Shown: positions 12,921-26,470 of the stretch, one piece after another | How the letters are laid out: each line of letters opens with the position of its first letter | Numbering within the stretch: the stretch's first letter is position 1 | Assembly: GCA_013239625.1 (NCBI GenBank) | Contig: MU053754.1 | Location: 1,469,966-1,533,965, forward strand | Direction of reading: 5' to 3' | Length of the DNA stretch: 64,000 nucleotides | From: Lama guanicoe | Lineage: Eukaryota | Made by a program: the position numbers and the translations under genes | The notes under the pieces: model-generated | What the model saw: the letters and a program-made list of their open reading frames with translations, nothing else | What the model was told of the DNA's origin: nothing | Databases searched by the model: none

Positions 12921-15864
12921 CTAACATCTCTTGCAGGAAAAAAAAATCATCTATCTGAAATTTAACTCTTCTCTCAGTTCTAAATCAGTTTCATTTCTTC
13001 CTGTGAAGTTAATTATAATTCACAAAATGGGACAGATACCACAGATCACAATGAAAATGTGTTTTGAAGTAATTATCTGTCTACCTCCTGTCCTTCCCTC
13101 TGCAGATGGACTTTCAGGTGTTCAGTGTGATGCTTATCCAAAGGGGGTGATGTTTACTTCCAGTTGGTGGGGATTCTGGGTAGGTCTTTATTTTATTCTT
13201 TGTCAGTTTTTGTATTGCTTAATCTTAATAACAATTCCTTGTATTCTTTTAATACAAAGAATAAAGTCATCATGATTTGGCCTCTGATGCAACCTTTTCT
13301 ATTTTTATTTCAAGTACTGCTCAAATGTTGTAAGCTAGAAAGAAAAATGGACTTTGATCTGATGTATTTATGCTGTCCACCTATGCAAACCTAATTGTCC
13401 AGTGAGAGTCCAGCCACGCGGCCCTTGCTGCCAGTAAACATGGGCACAGGCAGCTGCATCACAGCGCAGGAGGAAAGTCCTCAGTGGGTGGTTTGAGTCT
13501 GGGTTTTGTCTGCAGCATGTGAAAGCCTATTTCAGGATCTCTATCACCACACTCGCTTCCACAAGATGTCCAAATTGCACCCCAAAAAGTTAAACTCTGA
13601 GATGCTGGATGAATCCATTTTCCTGACTTTTTGGCTACAACACAGAGCCTATTCTCTCTGAAACTTAGGACAAACAAGTGGTTATCTTTCTAGTAAATTC
13701 CTGGTTAATTTCCATGAATTTTTTTTTAAATCACTACTCTTGGAAATTTTTGCAAGGTGCCAGAGCTTCAGTCAATCAAATTCAATTATAATTTGTACTT
13801 GTTATCAACAAAACTGAAATTTTCCTTCAGTGTGGCAGAAAGGACTATTTCCCACAAGCTACTGAGTCACAGGCTATGATTCTGTCAGGTCAGCTCTCCT
13901 GGAACAAGCCAGAAATGCTGACTTCCACAAAAACCAGAACAGATGGATCTGTGTGGCTGACAAACTCCCCCCACAGTGCAATGCCTGGATGGCAAGCCAG
14001 TGAGCCTGAAAGGACACTGACCCAAATTAAACCCCAAACCAGAGTTAATAATGGAAGTCTCAGTGTTTCAGGAGCTTCAGAATCCAAGCGTGAGGGAACC
14101 CCCTTGGCCGCTGGCTGAGAAGAGAAAGAAGCTCAGAGGGCTCTAGAAGCCTGTTCCCTCTCCGCTTTCAGTAGCTGAGCTGGAGCCTCAGCAGAAGGGC
14201 GCACAAGCAGTGCCTTCTAACCAGGCACTGCCTCACTGGGGGGCTCCCAAGAAGTACAGTCTGCTCCCTCCCTTCCCTCTAAACGTGTAGGGTCGCACGC
14301 AGGGTTGCGGGGTCCCACCCATTGGTGCCTGGTCAGCCCTGCAAAGCCAAGCACCTCTCTGTAAGGGGCAAGAGCTTCAGGGATGGTGAGTACTGCTCCC
14401 ACTCTGCCTGCGGTTCCTCCTGCAGCCTGGTGCCCGTTTGTGGGAACACACGGTGCTAAGTGTGTGTGTGTGCATGTGTATGTGCATGTGTGTGTGTCCA
14501 GGAATCCTTTATGTGACTTAGGTTTTTACTATACATTTACTACATCACAAGTTTCCGTAAAGGTGGAGGTGGGGCGAGGTTACTGTGTGTGTTGTGTGTA
14601 TTTGTGTGATACATCTGAAGTTCCCCTTCTATAACACTTACTTAAATATTATTTATGTTTGAGCAAAAATTTGAATTATTTGCAAATGCTTCAGGAATCC
14701 CACAGAAAGGGTTTGACTATGAAAGTTAAAAAAGGGCTTCATTATCGGGCAATTCACGCCCCCCACCCCATAAACCCACCATGATCATATTAAGTCATAC
14801 TTCAGTGTATTTCATAGAGGAGGGGAAAAGAGAACTTTGTTTAATCTAGACTCAAAACGCATCTCTAATGTGCAATATGTGAACATCACAGCTTTGCAGA
14901 TAAATGTGTCTGTCACATCTGCCCTTGGGCACATCTGAGGAGTAAGCAGAGTTTGTCTTTCTGCCTCCTTTCGGTGTCCTTCCCCTCTTTCCTGGGACCG
15001 ACCTCTCAAGACCCTGAGGAATCCAAGTTCTCCTGCTTTCTTCTTCCCCATTGGAAACCTCATCACAGGTTTTTCAAAATAATTTGAAAAATGCATTCAC
15101 AGGAAGCTCTAAAAACCAGTTAAGGTAAGCATCTGCAGGAACGTGTTGCATAGGCATCTTCTCTACGAAAGTTAGGAGATTTTTCAAATGGTGAGGCAAG
15201 GCCTTTGCACTGAGGAAGCTGCTCAGAAAACATTTGTGAAATTAGAACAAAATTCCCTCTCCCAGAAGTCTTCACGTTGTAGCAAAGATGAAAGCCTCAA
15301 ACCCAGCCAACAAAATTATAATGGAGAGAAATCCTCCTCCAGCAGGCAGAGGACATTTCTAATCAGGGAGGCCTTTGGCAGGTCCCCAAAATGCTGCACA
15401 GGTGGCCACTTTCCTCCTGGGGCTGGTGGCCCAACAGGCTCACGCGCCAAAGTATCAAACAACCTGTTTATCGTTTGATCCACAGCAGGGATTCCCAAAA
15501 TGCATGTGTTGGGAAGGAGTGTTAACACAGTTTAAAGGGAGCCACGGTCAAACAGTTTGGGCAGACACAAACACAATTAAGTGGCTGTGTATACTTTGGA
15601 CTTTACAAGTGTTCAATAGTCTCAGGTGCATTAGGAGCTTCAAGAGGAGAATGTGCTCCTTAATGCTTCTCGAAATCAATTTCTCTAAGCTCTAAGCTCT
15701 GAAACACAGATCCTAAGCAATGGTTCTAACATTTAGGTTCCCAGTGGACAAAATAATCTTCCCAGAGGCTGCTGCAGCCATGGGCTGGCACAAGGTCTGC
15801 TCTCCTAGCAAGAAGAGCTGCTGTGGGGAACACAGTTGAATGGAATCATCCAGACATTGCAGCC

Positions 15865-16150
15865 ACTTAGCAAAATATCGTAGACAGAGTGTCTTATAAA
15901 CAACAGACATTTATCTCTCACAGTGCTGGAGGCTGGACGTCCAAGATCAAGGTGCCAGCAGAGTCGGTGTCTGGTGAAGGCCCACTTCCTGGATCTTCTG
16001 TGTCTTCACATGCTGGAGGGTCCTTTTATTAGGGCACTAATCTCATTCTTGAGGGCTCCACCCTCATGACCTCATCACCTCTCCCAAAGACCTCACCTCC
16101 TAAAATCCTCACATTGTACATGAGCTTCAACATAGGAATTTTGAGGGGCT
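15865..16150 (-). mobile_element. MLT1A/MST-type MaLR LTR
   Basis: CTTATAAACAACAGACATTTATCTCTCACAGT...TCCAAGATCAAGGTGCCAGCAGA...GAATTTTGAGGGG. Confidence 0.82.
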
Positions 16151-16312
16151 TCCAACAGCCTGGATAAAATTTTCTTAGCTCTGTGGTGATGGCTGAAGCC
16201 CATCCCCTACAATCCTCCTCCATTCTCTCTTTCCATAAGTGCCAGACCTGCATCACTATCTGAAGGCTCTCCCTTCTGCTGCACTTTATATCCTTCTCCT
16301 TCACAGGCACTT

Positions 16313-16722
16313 TGTGAATCCCAAAAGATATGTCCACCCAGAATCTGTGAATGTGACTTTATTTGGAAAAAAAGGGTCTTTGCAGATGTTATTAAGGATC
16401 TTGAGATGAGATCATCCTTGTGTTAAGGTTGGCCCCTAAGCCAATGCCTGGTGCCCTTATAAGAGAAGCAGAACACAGAGACACAGAGGAAGAGGTCAAA
16501 GAAGATGAAGGCAAAGAATGGAACAAGGCTACCACGAGCCAGATCCACCTGAAGCTGAAAGAGGCACGGATGGATGTTTCCCTTAGCCTCTGGACTCAGC
16601 CCAGCCCACCTGACATCTGGACCTCAGACTTCTGACCTTTAGAACTGAGAGGGAATAATTTACGTTGTTTAAGCAACTACATTTGTAGTAATACAATACA
16701 GCAGCCCAAGGAAGTGAATACA
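16313..16722 (+). mobile_element. MLT1B/C-type MaLR LTR
   Basis: GTGAATGTGACTTTATTTGGAAA...GGGTCTTTGCAGATG...ACAGCAGCCCAAGGAAGTGAATACA. Confidence 0.82.
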
Positions 16723-16882
16723 GACATGTCCTCCAGGAAAGTCTCCCACGTCTGTGCTGGTTTTAGCATCTGTTTCTTAGAGGGCCTGTGCTGAAATAGG
16801 AGCGTCTTAAAACTCAGAGTCCTGGGCCTCGGTCCCCAACACTCACATCAAGATTCTTACTTAACTGGTCAGCTTTCCGCAT

Positions 16883-17215
16883 CAGTGTTTCCCAGACTTG
16901 ATGGCATATAGAGTCACCTGAGGAAACTTTAACTTCCCAACATCTGAGCCATTCCCTGGACCAAATGAACAAGGACGTCTGGGGCAGAGTCCAGGCATCA
17001 GGATTCTTCAAAACTCTGCAGGTACAGCCAAGTCAGACAACTGCTTCTCTGGAATGCAGTAGAACCATCTGGTGGGCTTGTTAAATAAAACGCAGATTGC
17101 TGGACAGAGCTTCTGAGTCAGGAGGTGTGGGATGGGCCTGAGAACTTGCATTCTAACAGGCCTCCAGGTGCTGCTGATGCTGATGTTCCACAGAACACAC
17201 TCTGAGAACCCCCGA
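16883..17215. mobile_element. Two adjacent MER5-like MITEs
   Basis: CAGTGTTTCCCAGACTTG...GAGTCACCTG, then GGGCCTGAGAACTTGCATTCTAACAG...CACACTCTGAGAACC. Confidence 0.7.
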
Positions 17216-17383
17216 GCTAGAGGAAGACCCCGACAACACACTGTCCTGAAGAATTGTGAGGACCCCGTCCTGCCTTCCAGAGTACTAAAATCCTACAGCT
17301 GAAAGCGGTCCTACGATCATTTCTTCTCTCTCACATGGTATAGATGAGCCAAGTGGGGCCCGGAGAGGTGAGGTGGCTCCTCC

Positions 17384-17723
17384 TGCTACAGGCAGAATGT
17401 CTGTATCCCCAGAGAAATGCTATGTCAGAGGGAATCCACGATGGGAGGGTATGAGGAGGTGGGGCCTCTGGGGAGGTGATTAGGTCAGGAGGGTGAAGAC
17501 ATAAATGGGGTCAGTGCTTTGTTAAAGAAGCTCCAGAGAACTTCTTGTCGCTTCCACCAGGTGAGGACACAGTGAGAACCAGGAAGACCCTCAGCAGACG
17601 CCAAATCTGTCTGCACCTTGGTCTTGGACTTCTCAGCCTTCAGAACCATGAGACAGACATCTGTGGTTTACAAGCCACCCTCTCTGCAGTACTCCACACA
17701 GCAGCCTGAATGGAGTAAGACAC
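17384..17723 (+). mobile_element. MLT1A-type MaLR LTR
   Basis: GAGGTGGGGCCT...GTGATTAGGTCA...CTTGGACTTCTCAGCCTTCAGAAC...GCAGCCTGAATGGAGTAAGACA. Confidence 0.8.
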
Positions 17724-19267
17724 CCGCCAGCCCCTGGACAACTGTCCAGACCACAGGTCTGGGTTTTGAACTAGAGTCGGCTGATTCACTGCAATCTCAC
17801 CTGCCCATAGAGCTTGCTTGTCCAGCTGTATGGCTTCTACTAAACTCGGCAGAGTCTAAATGAAACAGAGCTGACAACACAAAACCATCAGAACATCCAA
17901 CGATGCAAAGCTCCAAGCCCAGTCCCCAGCTGGAGGGGGTGCTGGGGACCCACGGTGGCCCAAGGCACACATGAAGGTGAGGGAATGTGGTCAGCTGCCG
18001 AGGAGGGTCTGATTTCACTTAAAATTGAACCTGTCACCCTATGGCTCAGCTCTGACAGCTGCCCTGACACAACAACTGAGAAAATTAGGCAAAGAGTTCG
18101 TACTTTACCTTAACATATAGACTCTTGTAATGTGCAAAGAAATTATCCAACATCTAGTTTAAAGATATTGTAAACGGATGAGGGCAAGACATCATTGACT
18201 CCTGTTCTTATAAAGTCCTAGGGGATAGGAATCCTTTGATCCTGAGCAGTTTATACTCAGAGATGAAACCTGTAATGACTTTGTCTATCTGATCCTAAAA
18301 GTGCTGCCTCTTTTTCAGTAAAAATGTCAGTGTTGAGCTTCAGCTGATCTCAACAGCAATGCAGCTCGTTAAGTCTAACACCAAAACAGCTCTTCAAAAT
18401 ACGACTGACTTTTTTGGTGGGGAGGAAGGGGAGGGCCTGTTAAGTATTGTTGAGTCTACAAAATGTGGAAAGAAAATCCAGCTGACCTTTCCATCAAATT
18501 GTGCAGCCATTTTAGCGTTATCTGTGGTGCTCCATCTGAACAAACGGCATACTAGGAAGACACATCTAGAACAAATACAGCCTAGGAAACACCCCGCCCC
18601 TCAACATCACTGTGCAGGTCTTCGTGGGCAGCTCATGACCCTCACCCTAAAGAGTCCAGCTGGGACCCTGGGAGGCTGAGGAGGCGCTTTCTTATTGTGC
18701 AGCTCATAACATGAAGGACTGACGAAAGCAAGGAGCTCTTTTATCGTGTGATAGAAGTCCTCATGACTCATTTATTAGTGCTGTAATCTCCAAAGAGAAA
18801 ATCTGTACACTTGATGAAATCCGTTACCATCAGAACTGCCACCAATCAGCCACTGACGAGTGTTTTTGTAAGGAGGGAAAAGCTGCAGTGGGAAGCAATT
18901 TCCACAGTTCCTGCAAACATGGAACAGTCAATGACTATTAGTGAAAGACGTATTGAGTCAAACAACTGAAGAGTCAGAGAATGTCTTCCCCTTTCGATGT
19001 CTCTCACTGTTTTCTTCTGGGCCGGGCCAGCAGTGACGATGCTTAGACAGTCTGAGAAGGCATCTGAGTGCATCTGGGAACTCTCTCTGGCTAGGTGGGC
19101 ATTACGTGCCCAGGGATCTGAGAAGTCAGTGAGCACTGACTCCCATTCTCTCCCCTGTGAAAGGGCAGTAATGTGCGTCCAGTGCAGAAAGGCAACTATC
19201 GGAATCATCCACCTGCAGAGGCAGGGAGGTGGGAGGGTTGGGGTAATAATCATGACAGTGACCACTT

Positions 19268-19490
19268 ATTAAGCCAGACAGCATGCTAAGCACATGTCGT
19301 GAGCTGTCTCACTCACCTCTCTAACGACCCTGTAACTTACATCCTCCTACTATTTCTGTGTTTCACTTGAGAAAATCAACGCACAAAGAAATTAAACAAT
19401 GTGCCCAGGGCCACACAGACCCCTGGCAAGTTGTAGAATCCAAATGAATACTCAGTTTATCTGATTCCACAACCCACAGCCTTAATTCTG
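19268..19490 (-). mobile_element. MIR SINE
   Basis: Reverse MIR core: GAGAAAATCAACGCACAAAGAAATTAAACAATGTGCCCAGGGCCACACAG. Confidence 0.7.
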
Positions 19491-21111
19491 AGAGTCAACA
19501 GTCAACTTCCTCGTCCCCACCCCACTCTCCCCTTATTCCTGAAAAGATTTAAGGCAATGCTTTAAAGAATTGAAAAAAAAAAAAACAACTTCTTTTTAAT
19601 TTAAAAAAAAGTGAAAAGTGAGAAAAAATGTAGTAGAGAGAAAAATTTCATCAAATGTGCATTTCTACCCATGGCAGGAAATCTATTTCATGAATGTGGG
19701 GTCTCCTTGCAATTTTATTCTCAAGGTAAGGTATTTGTTTAAATAATGTCTAGACTTCAAATAATTGGCAAGACAGAAGTACTTCGTGTGTTGTGAAATG
19801 AAATATATGGGATTCATTCCTATTGGTAAGATACAAAAACACATAGTTTCCTTTAATGGCCATTAATATTTGAAATTATGACAGAGGCCTTTAAAAAAAA
19901 AAGAAGAAGCAGCAATTCATTTTGGAGATCAAAGCAGAAATACTGTATTTCTTAATTTCTTCTTTTTTGCCTCACATACTGCAGATGGTCTTTAGCCATG
20001 GAGAGTGGTAACGCTTTCCACCAGAAGCTAACCTCTATTTTCAGACACAACATGGTCCTGAAAATGTATGCCAAAGGTCACTCTGATAAAAGTGAACAGT
20101 TAAAACAATCACCCTGGACAGCATGTCCAAGAGGTGACTATATATAATCCTATAAAACTTCACCCTAGAGACATGCTCTTCAGCAGTATATGTTCAGTAT
20201 GGTGTACATGTTCATTAAATTTATTTTCTTTTATTACTGATCATCTTAGATCATTTACAGTCCTAGAGCTGATGGGCATCTGACTGGGGTTAAAGAGTGG
20301 GTGCTTCTGATACGTCAAATTACTTTCATTTTGGTTGCAACTGTATTAAGTTTATGAAACCTACAATTCTTTTCATGGCACTAGAACTTCCTTTTTTCCT
20401 TTTCCATTCATATTTAAAGAAGAAAAGTAGAAGGCAGCAATATAGCAAAAAAGCAAATACACCAAAACACACTTCTATATCAAGAAAGCCATTCTGCTGA
20501 AAAGAAAATAAGCAGCAACAAAGGGTAACTCTCAGTCACAAGTAGTCACGCCCATTCCTCAGCTGACACACACAACATGCAGTACGTAACAGGCAATTCT
20601 GGAGTGTCAGCCTATAATATGCACAAACACATGACGCTTAGAAATATCAAATATATGAAAGGTGAGCCCTACTTATGTCATACGACAATTACAGTATCCC
20701 TTGGTGTGGACAGATCAGGCATTATTCTTCTGAAACAAGGAAAGAAATGATGTAAAGGAAACCAAGAGTATAGAGCAGTGAATGAAGAAGGCATCTCTGA
20801 GAGACACGTGCACTCAAAAAGCAACCCAATGTGTACAAAGATGTCCCTGGCCAGCCTACAAGCAAGTGTCCTGAGAGTTCTGGATCTGTGATGACAGAGG
20901 TGCTGAGTTTCTGTCCCTGAAAAGGAGAAGGAAATGAAAAGCAGCTCTCTGCAGAAGTGCTCCAATCTGATCTTCAGTTACCAAATGGATAGGTGCATAC
21001 AGGTATCAGAAAGGAAGGCACACTGATCATCTCTCTCAAGTCAAATCAGAGCTGCTCAGTTCTGTACTGGTTAGTGCACCTGTTATCAGACTTTCTCTTT
21101 ACCTGCAAGAT

Positions 21112-21327
21112 CAGGTTTTCTCAACCTCGGCACCGCAGACATGTGGGGCAGATCATTCTTCGTTGTGGAGCTGCTGTCTGTGCGGTAGTGTCTTTAGCAA
21201 TGTCCCTGGTGTCTACTCGTGAGATGCCAGTAGCACCCTCCCCCCAGTTATCCAAAATTGTCCAAAAAGGTTGCAAGACATTCCCCAGTGGCCTGGGCAG
21301 AAGGGGATTGGGGAGGCAAAAGCACTG
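21112..21327. mobile_element. MER20-like MITE
   Basis: TTCTCAACCTCGGCAC...GAGATGCCAGTAGCACCCTCCCCCAGTT core. Confidence 0.8.
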
Positions 21328-21779
21328 AACCCCAACCCAGCCCAGTGAGATGCACAGCCTCAGATGATCAGGATTTTTTAAAGCCCAGATACAAGTTTTG
21401 TACATATGGGTTTGTTGGAAGGATTCAAGTTCACATAACTGCAGCTGAATTGGTCTCTCTGTGCCACATACTAGTAAGCCAACACCTACAGAGACGGTAC
21501 ACCTGCTCAACCCATCTCTGCAGACTGAGACTGCTGGAGTTAGAACTCCTATCAGCAATCCCAAACGCCCACATTAATTATGCATCACATTGTCAATGAG
21601 TGATTTCTGAAACTGGAATCATGTCACAAGTTAAGAAAAGAACCACAATTCCCAAGTTTTGCTTCAATAGTCATTTAGCAAATCACGGGTTCTTTAATGT
21701 TCTTGAGATGCGGTGACTAAAATTAGACATCACCTAAATGGCAGACAATGGAGCAGTAGTTAATTAAAACAGTACATCC

Positions 21780-22591
21780 CTCCATCACTATAAAGGCCAC
21801 AAACGACAAATACTGGAGAGGATATGGAGGAAAGGGAACCCTCCTACACAGTTGGTGGGAAAGTAAATTGGTGCAGCCACTATGGAAAAGTATATGGAAT
21901 TTCCTTAAGAAAAATAAAACTAGAGTTACCATATGATCCAGTAATCCCACTCCTGGGCATAAATCCAGAGAAAACTCTAACTTGAAAAGATACATGCACC
22001 CTAAGGTTCATAACAGCACTATTTGTAATAGCCAAGACATGGAAGCAACCTAAATGTCAAGCGACAGATGAATGGATAAAGAAGATATGATATATATATA
22101 AAATATAGTATATATACACATATGTATATAGTAGAATACTACTCAGCCATAAAAAAGAATGAAATAATGCCATTTGCCACAACATGGATGAACCTAGAGA
22201 TTATCATAGTAAGTGAAGTAAGTCAGATAGAGAAAGACAAGTATCATATGATACCACTTATATGTGGAATCTAAAATATGACAGAAATGAACTTATTTAC
22301 AAAACACAAACACACTCACAGACATAGAAGACAAACTTATGGTTACCAAAGGGGAAAGGGGGTTGGGGAGGTGTAAATTAGGAGTTTGGGATTAGCAGAT
22401 ACAAACTACTATGCATAAAATAGATTAACAACAAGGTCTTAACTGTATAACACAGGGAACTATATTAAGTATCTTGTAATAACCTATCATGAAAAAGTAT
22501 ATGAAAAAGAATATATGTATATGTATAACTGAATCACTATGCTGTACTGTACACCAGAAACACAGCATTGTAAATCAATTATAATTTTTAA
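21780..22591 (+). mobile_element. 5'-truncated L1 (ORF2 end plus 3' UTR) with TSD
   Basis: Clear similarity to 28.0-28.8 kb; flanked by AAAACAGTACATCC (21766-21779) and AAAACAGTATATCC (22592-22605). Confidence 0.92.
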
Positions 22592-22975
22592 AAAACAGTA
22601 TATCCTTAGGTAGAATGGTATATCATCACTAATTTCTATTTTTTTGAAGAATATATAATGACCTGGGGAAATGCTAAGGACACAGTGATCAATGCACAAA
22701 CTAGTGTTTACAATTCTATAAATATATATGCATATGTCATGTTCAAAATATATGAACATACTGTTATCACTGGTTACCTCACAGTGATAAGATTTTAGTG
22801 ATTTCTATTCTCCTCTTTTTGTCTTTAATTTCTAAATATTCTTTCTTGAACAGTTAACTGTTTTATAATTTAGAAGACACAAAAATTCTGTAAAATATGC
22901 TATATATTAATCTGCCTAAAATAAAAATCAAAAATTGATTTTTACATGTTTCCTTCTCCTATAAAAACCATCCTA

Positions 22976-23140
22976 GGGTGGAAGGTATAGCTCAAGTGGT
23001 AGAGCACATGCTTACCATGCATAACATCCTAGGTTCAATCCCCAGCACCTCCTCTAAAAATAATTAAACCTAATTACCTCTCCACCACTGCCAAAATAAA
23101 ATAATTAAATGGTGTTAATAATAAATAAATAAAATATTTT
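22976..23140 (+). mobile_element. tRNA-Ala-derived SINE (vic-1-like)
   Basis: A/B boxes, CCTAATTACCTC tail; degenerate TSD AAAACCAT on both sides. Confidence 0.9.
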
Positions 23141-23668
23141 TAAAACCATATATGTTAAATTATCAAGTGATGTTTTGCTCAGAGGAAGTGGCTGCAAAAC
23201 ATGGCCACTATCATGACTGTATTTTTGAATCTGAACTACCATCCTTCTTCCTGTGGTACCAATGGAAAAACACGAACTAGACAACATCCCTTCCCAACGG
23301 TCCGGATCCTCTTTGACCATGGGGTGACAAATGCTGGTAGTACTTCGTGGATCTCTGAGAACATTAGTTTCTAAAACAACAACCACAAAGGACAGAAGTC
23401 TCCACTCCAAAGTGAACTCACAAGTCCAAGTCTAAGGCGCGACAAGCGTCTTGAGGAGATACTGGGATCTGTGACTGAGACTGGGAAGCACTGAGGACTG
23501 GGGAAGTAGGAGGCTCGGTGAGGATGCTGGCCCTGACGGTACGTGTGCTAGCACAGCTCTCTGGACCTGATGGCCAGGTGAGAGGACAGAATGTTAGAGG
23601 GGACGGAAGCTCTCTGAGGGACAAAGCCACATTAGGGCCGAGGTGCGTCAGAGGTGCACGACAGGGCT

Positions 23669-23682
23669 CCAGCAGGTGGCAG
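23669..23682 (+). promoter_or_regulatory. Candidate CTCF-binding core motif
   Basis: CCAGCAGGTGGCAG matches the consensus CCASYAGRKGGCRS; motif match only. Confidence 0.4.
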
Positions 23683-26470
23683 TAAAAGCTAAATCAGGCA
23701 TGCAAATTAGCTCAGGTCCACCAAGTCCAGGGCTCAGCAGGAAGGTGAACCATCTTGCCTTTGTCACTCTCAAGAGTCACATTCTTCCTTGTAGAAGCAT
23801 CCATACATCTAAACCAGGAAAACAGAAAACAGCTTGGGTGACGTGAACAACAGTCAGGAACAAACTTCACTGCCAGGGGCAACACCCTGAGCTTTGCTAT
23901 AATTCCTCGGAAAAGGGATAGATTGGTGGTTAACGTTTGCTTTGATCCTTTCATTGTTGCTTGGGAGGTTCTAAAGAACGGTTTCGGATACTTTGGGCTA
24001 CTTGTCTCCGACGTGGATGCAAAAGCAGGCGAGCTTGGGCCACCACATGAAGAATTTCAGAGTAAGAATTTCCCGGAAATGAAGGCAGTCCAACCCAGAG
24101 ACACTCACTGCAGAGGCCAGAACGTCTCCTTCTGAAGCATAATGTGATGGAAAACCAGGCAGCCAGGAGGCCACTGAGTTGGAGGGAATACACTCTGCCA
24201 TCCCGTCTAGCGCTCAGTTTCTCTTGGGCTCGTTTCACTCATCAGCAGAACGAAGGTCTCAGGCAAGATAAATTCTAAGGCTCTCTCCAGTTCTGCGACT
24301 TCAGGGACCCATCAATTCTTAACCACACAGACGACGTCTCTGCCTGCACAGGACCGGTGAGGTAAGACAGGACCCCAATTCAGCTCAACTCACTGCAGCA
24401 GTGCTGAATGCATCTGTCTTGGGACAGAGACAAGGCTCTTCCGACTCCCCCAGTGGCTTCCCCACACCAGAATTCTGACACTTTCCATTTGTCACTATGT
24501 CCGGTGTAGCGGGTGACTCACTGGCTGTTCCTTGGGCGTCTGGCCTTGTGTTCAGCCAAGCATGCTGTATGACCTGTTTTGCCTTCTCTGGAAATCGTCT
24601 TGCTTGATGAGATGCAGAGCTGTGCAAAGACTGGTACAAGGAAACAGTAACAAATGATCGGTTTCCCTACCTTATTTTTCCACACCGGGGTCAAAGGCAG
24701 TAAAAAATAAGCATGGCACTCAACCATACCTGGGTTGGGCACCACAGCCTCTAAGAAACGCATTCCCAGGGCCAGCCAGGGCTGCTTCACTTCTTTCCAG
24801 ATAAGCAAGGGGAGGGGGAGGGTTATTTTTGGTGTGGCTGGATGAGAACTCCATTTTCATCATTTTTATTCTTTCTGTGATATTATTTCTTAAAAGCAAC
24901 GCTCTTTGCATCTCATTTTGGGGCTACGCTCACATTGATCAAAGATAATGACATTCTTAGCAAGCAAAAGATACCATTTCTCAGCTCAGTATTCTTCTAG
25001 GACAATGCGTTGGAGCAGATTTTAGGAGAGGCTGGGAAGAGGGGGAAGGACTGACTCGCGTTGCTGTGGCAACTTCTACACAAAAGCTAACAGTACACTT
25101 GCTCTGCTTCTGAGTGAGTGCGGTTCTGCCTCTTAAAATATCTTCGGTTTCTGTGATGCAGAGATGCTTTTAGGCAGGTCTGTGGCAGGATGATTTCTCT
25201 CTCACTGTCTCAGGGTCAGGCTGAGATGAACCCTCTTCATAGATACGGTAAGTGTAGTTTCAAAAGCTATTCCAGGTTCACCTGGATGGAGCAAGGTGTG
25301 CCACGCATGAAGGCATCCTACTCCAGAAATCAGCCCCTTGCTAGAAGCTAATCATTTGAGGGAGGGGGCAGGGTCACCACCATAATGTTCTCAGCACACA
25401 AGCCAAGAAGCTACCCAGCAAACGTGTTCTGTAACACTCCGAGTGGTTCATCCCTTTCATGGAACACGTTTAAGGTGCTTACACAATTTGTGAAGCTTTG
25501 TGGTTCTAGTCTCAGACAACTGTCAAACTTACAACAGGTACAGAGCATCCATTCTCTGCAGGGCAGTGGGAAATGCCCTCTGGACGGCAGGCATTGGGGG
25601 AGGGCAGGGTTTCTGCCAGCAAAGATGCAGGAATCACAGAGCAGGCCCTCAGGTGCTTCATCACAAATAGGGGGGAAAAGTGTAACTGACTGACGAGAAC
25701 CTGCACCACAATCATCCACCTCCACCCCATCGACTGCATCCATCACATCTCTGCCAATGGGGGTCTTCTAAAATGGACTTCAACCTCCCCAGGAATCAGC
25801 AATGGGCTCCCACAGCTCACAGAATAAAGCTGCACCCGTTCACATGGAATCCTAAGCCTTCTTTCACGTGGCCCCAATTGCACTGCCACCATTTTTCTTC
25901 TGGAAGCCTCCCCCAACATACACATCCCTTGGTCTCCAGGGCCTCTGACCGCATCTGCATTCCAACCACAACGCCATCGTTCTCACCTCTGCTGCCACCA
26001 TGCTGTTTGTACTATGGCCTTGCCGGACTGCCCTGGCCCTCTCCACACTGGCAAGCGCTTCTGAGCTTTCATAGATGACCTGACTTTTCAAGAAGCCAAC
26101 CCTGATCTTCCCTGCCTTTGCATTCTTTTGCCTGTTTTAACATTTGTAATCTGTTGTTTCTATGCCTATTTTCTTCCCTGAGGGTGAAGAGTGTGCCTTA
26201 TTCAACTCCACATTCTCCGCAGAGCTTTGTACAGAGCAACCCTCTAAAAGCACCCACCCATTGCATATACACGTACACACCCACCCTGCAGATGTGGGCA
26301 GGTGCCTGTGTGTGACAGGCACCTAGCCCCATACACCCAATTAAGCCTTGGCAGTTGTGGGAGAGACTAGACTAGGTTCAGATTAGGTGGGGCTTATCTA
26401 AGAAGATTAGATGAAGGCGGTGCCTTGAGCACTGTTTTGCAGGAGAGAAAGAACCTGCTTTTGCAAAGAA

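Noticed and set aside
25214..25247. 34-nt + strand micro-exon with good AG and GTAAGT signals
   Set aside because: Frame-shifting length, unrecognised peptide and no partner exons; indistinguishable from a pseudo-exon without RNA data.
25411..25746. 111-aa Cys-rich minus-strand ORF
   Set aside because: No recognisable domain or splice boundaries; its start abuts degraded repeat-like sequence; the length is within chance expectation.
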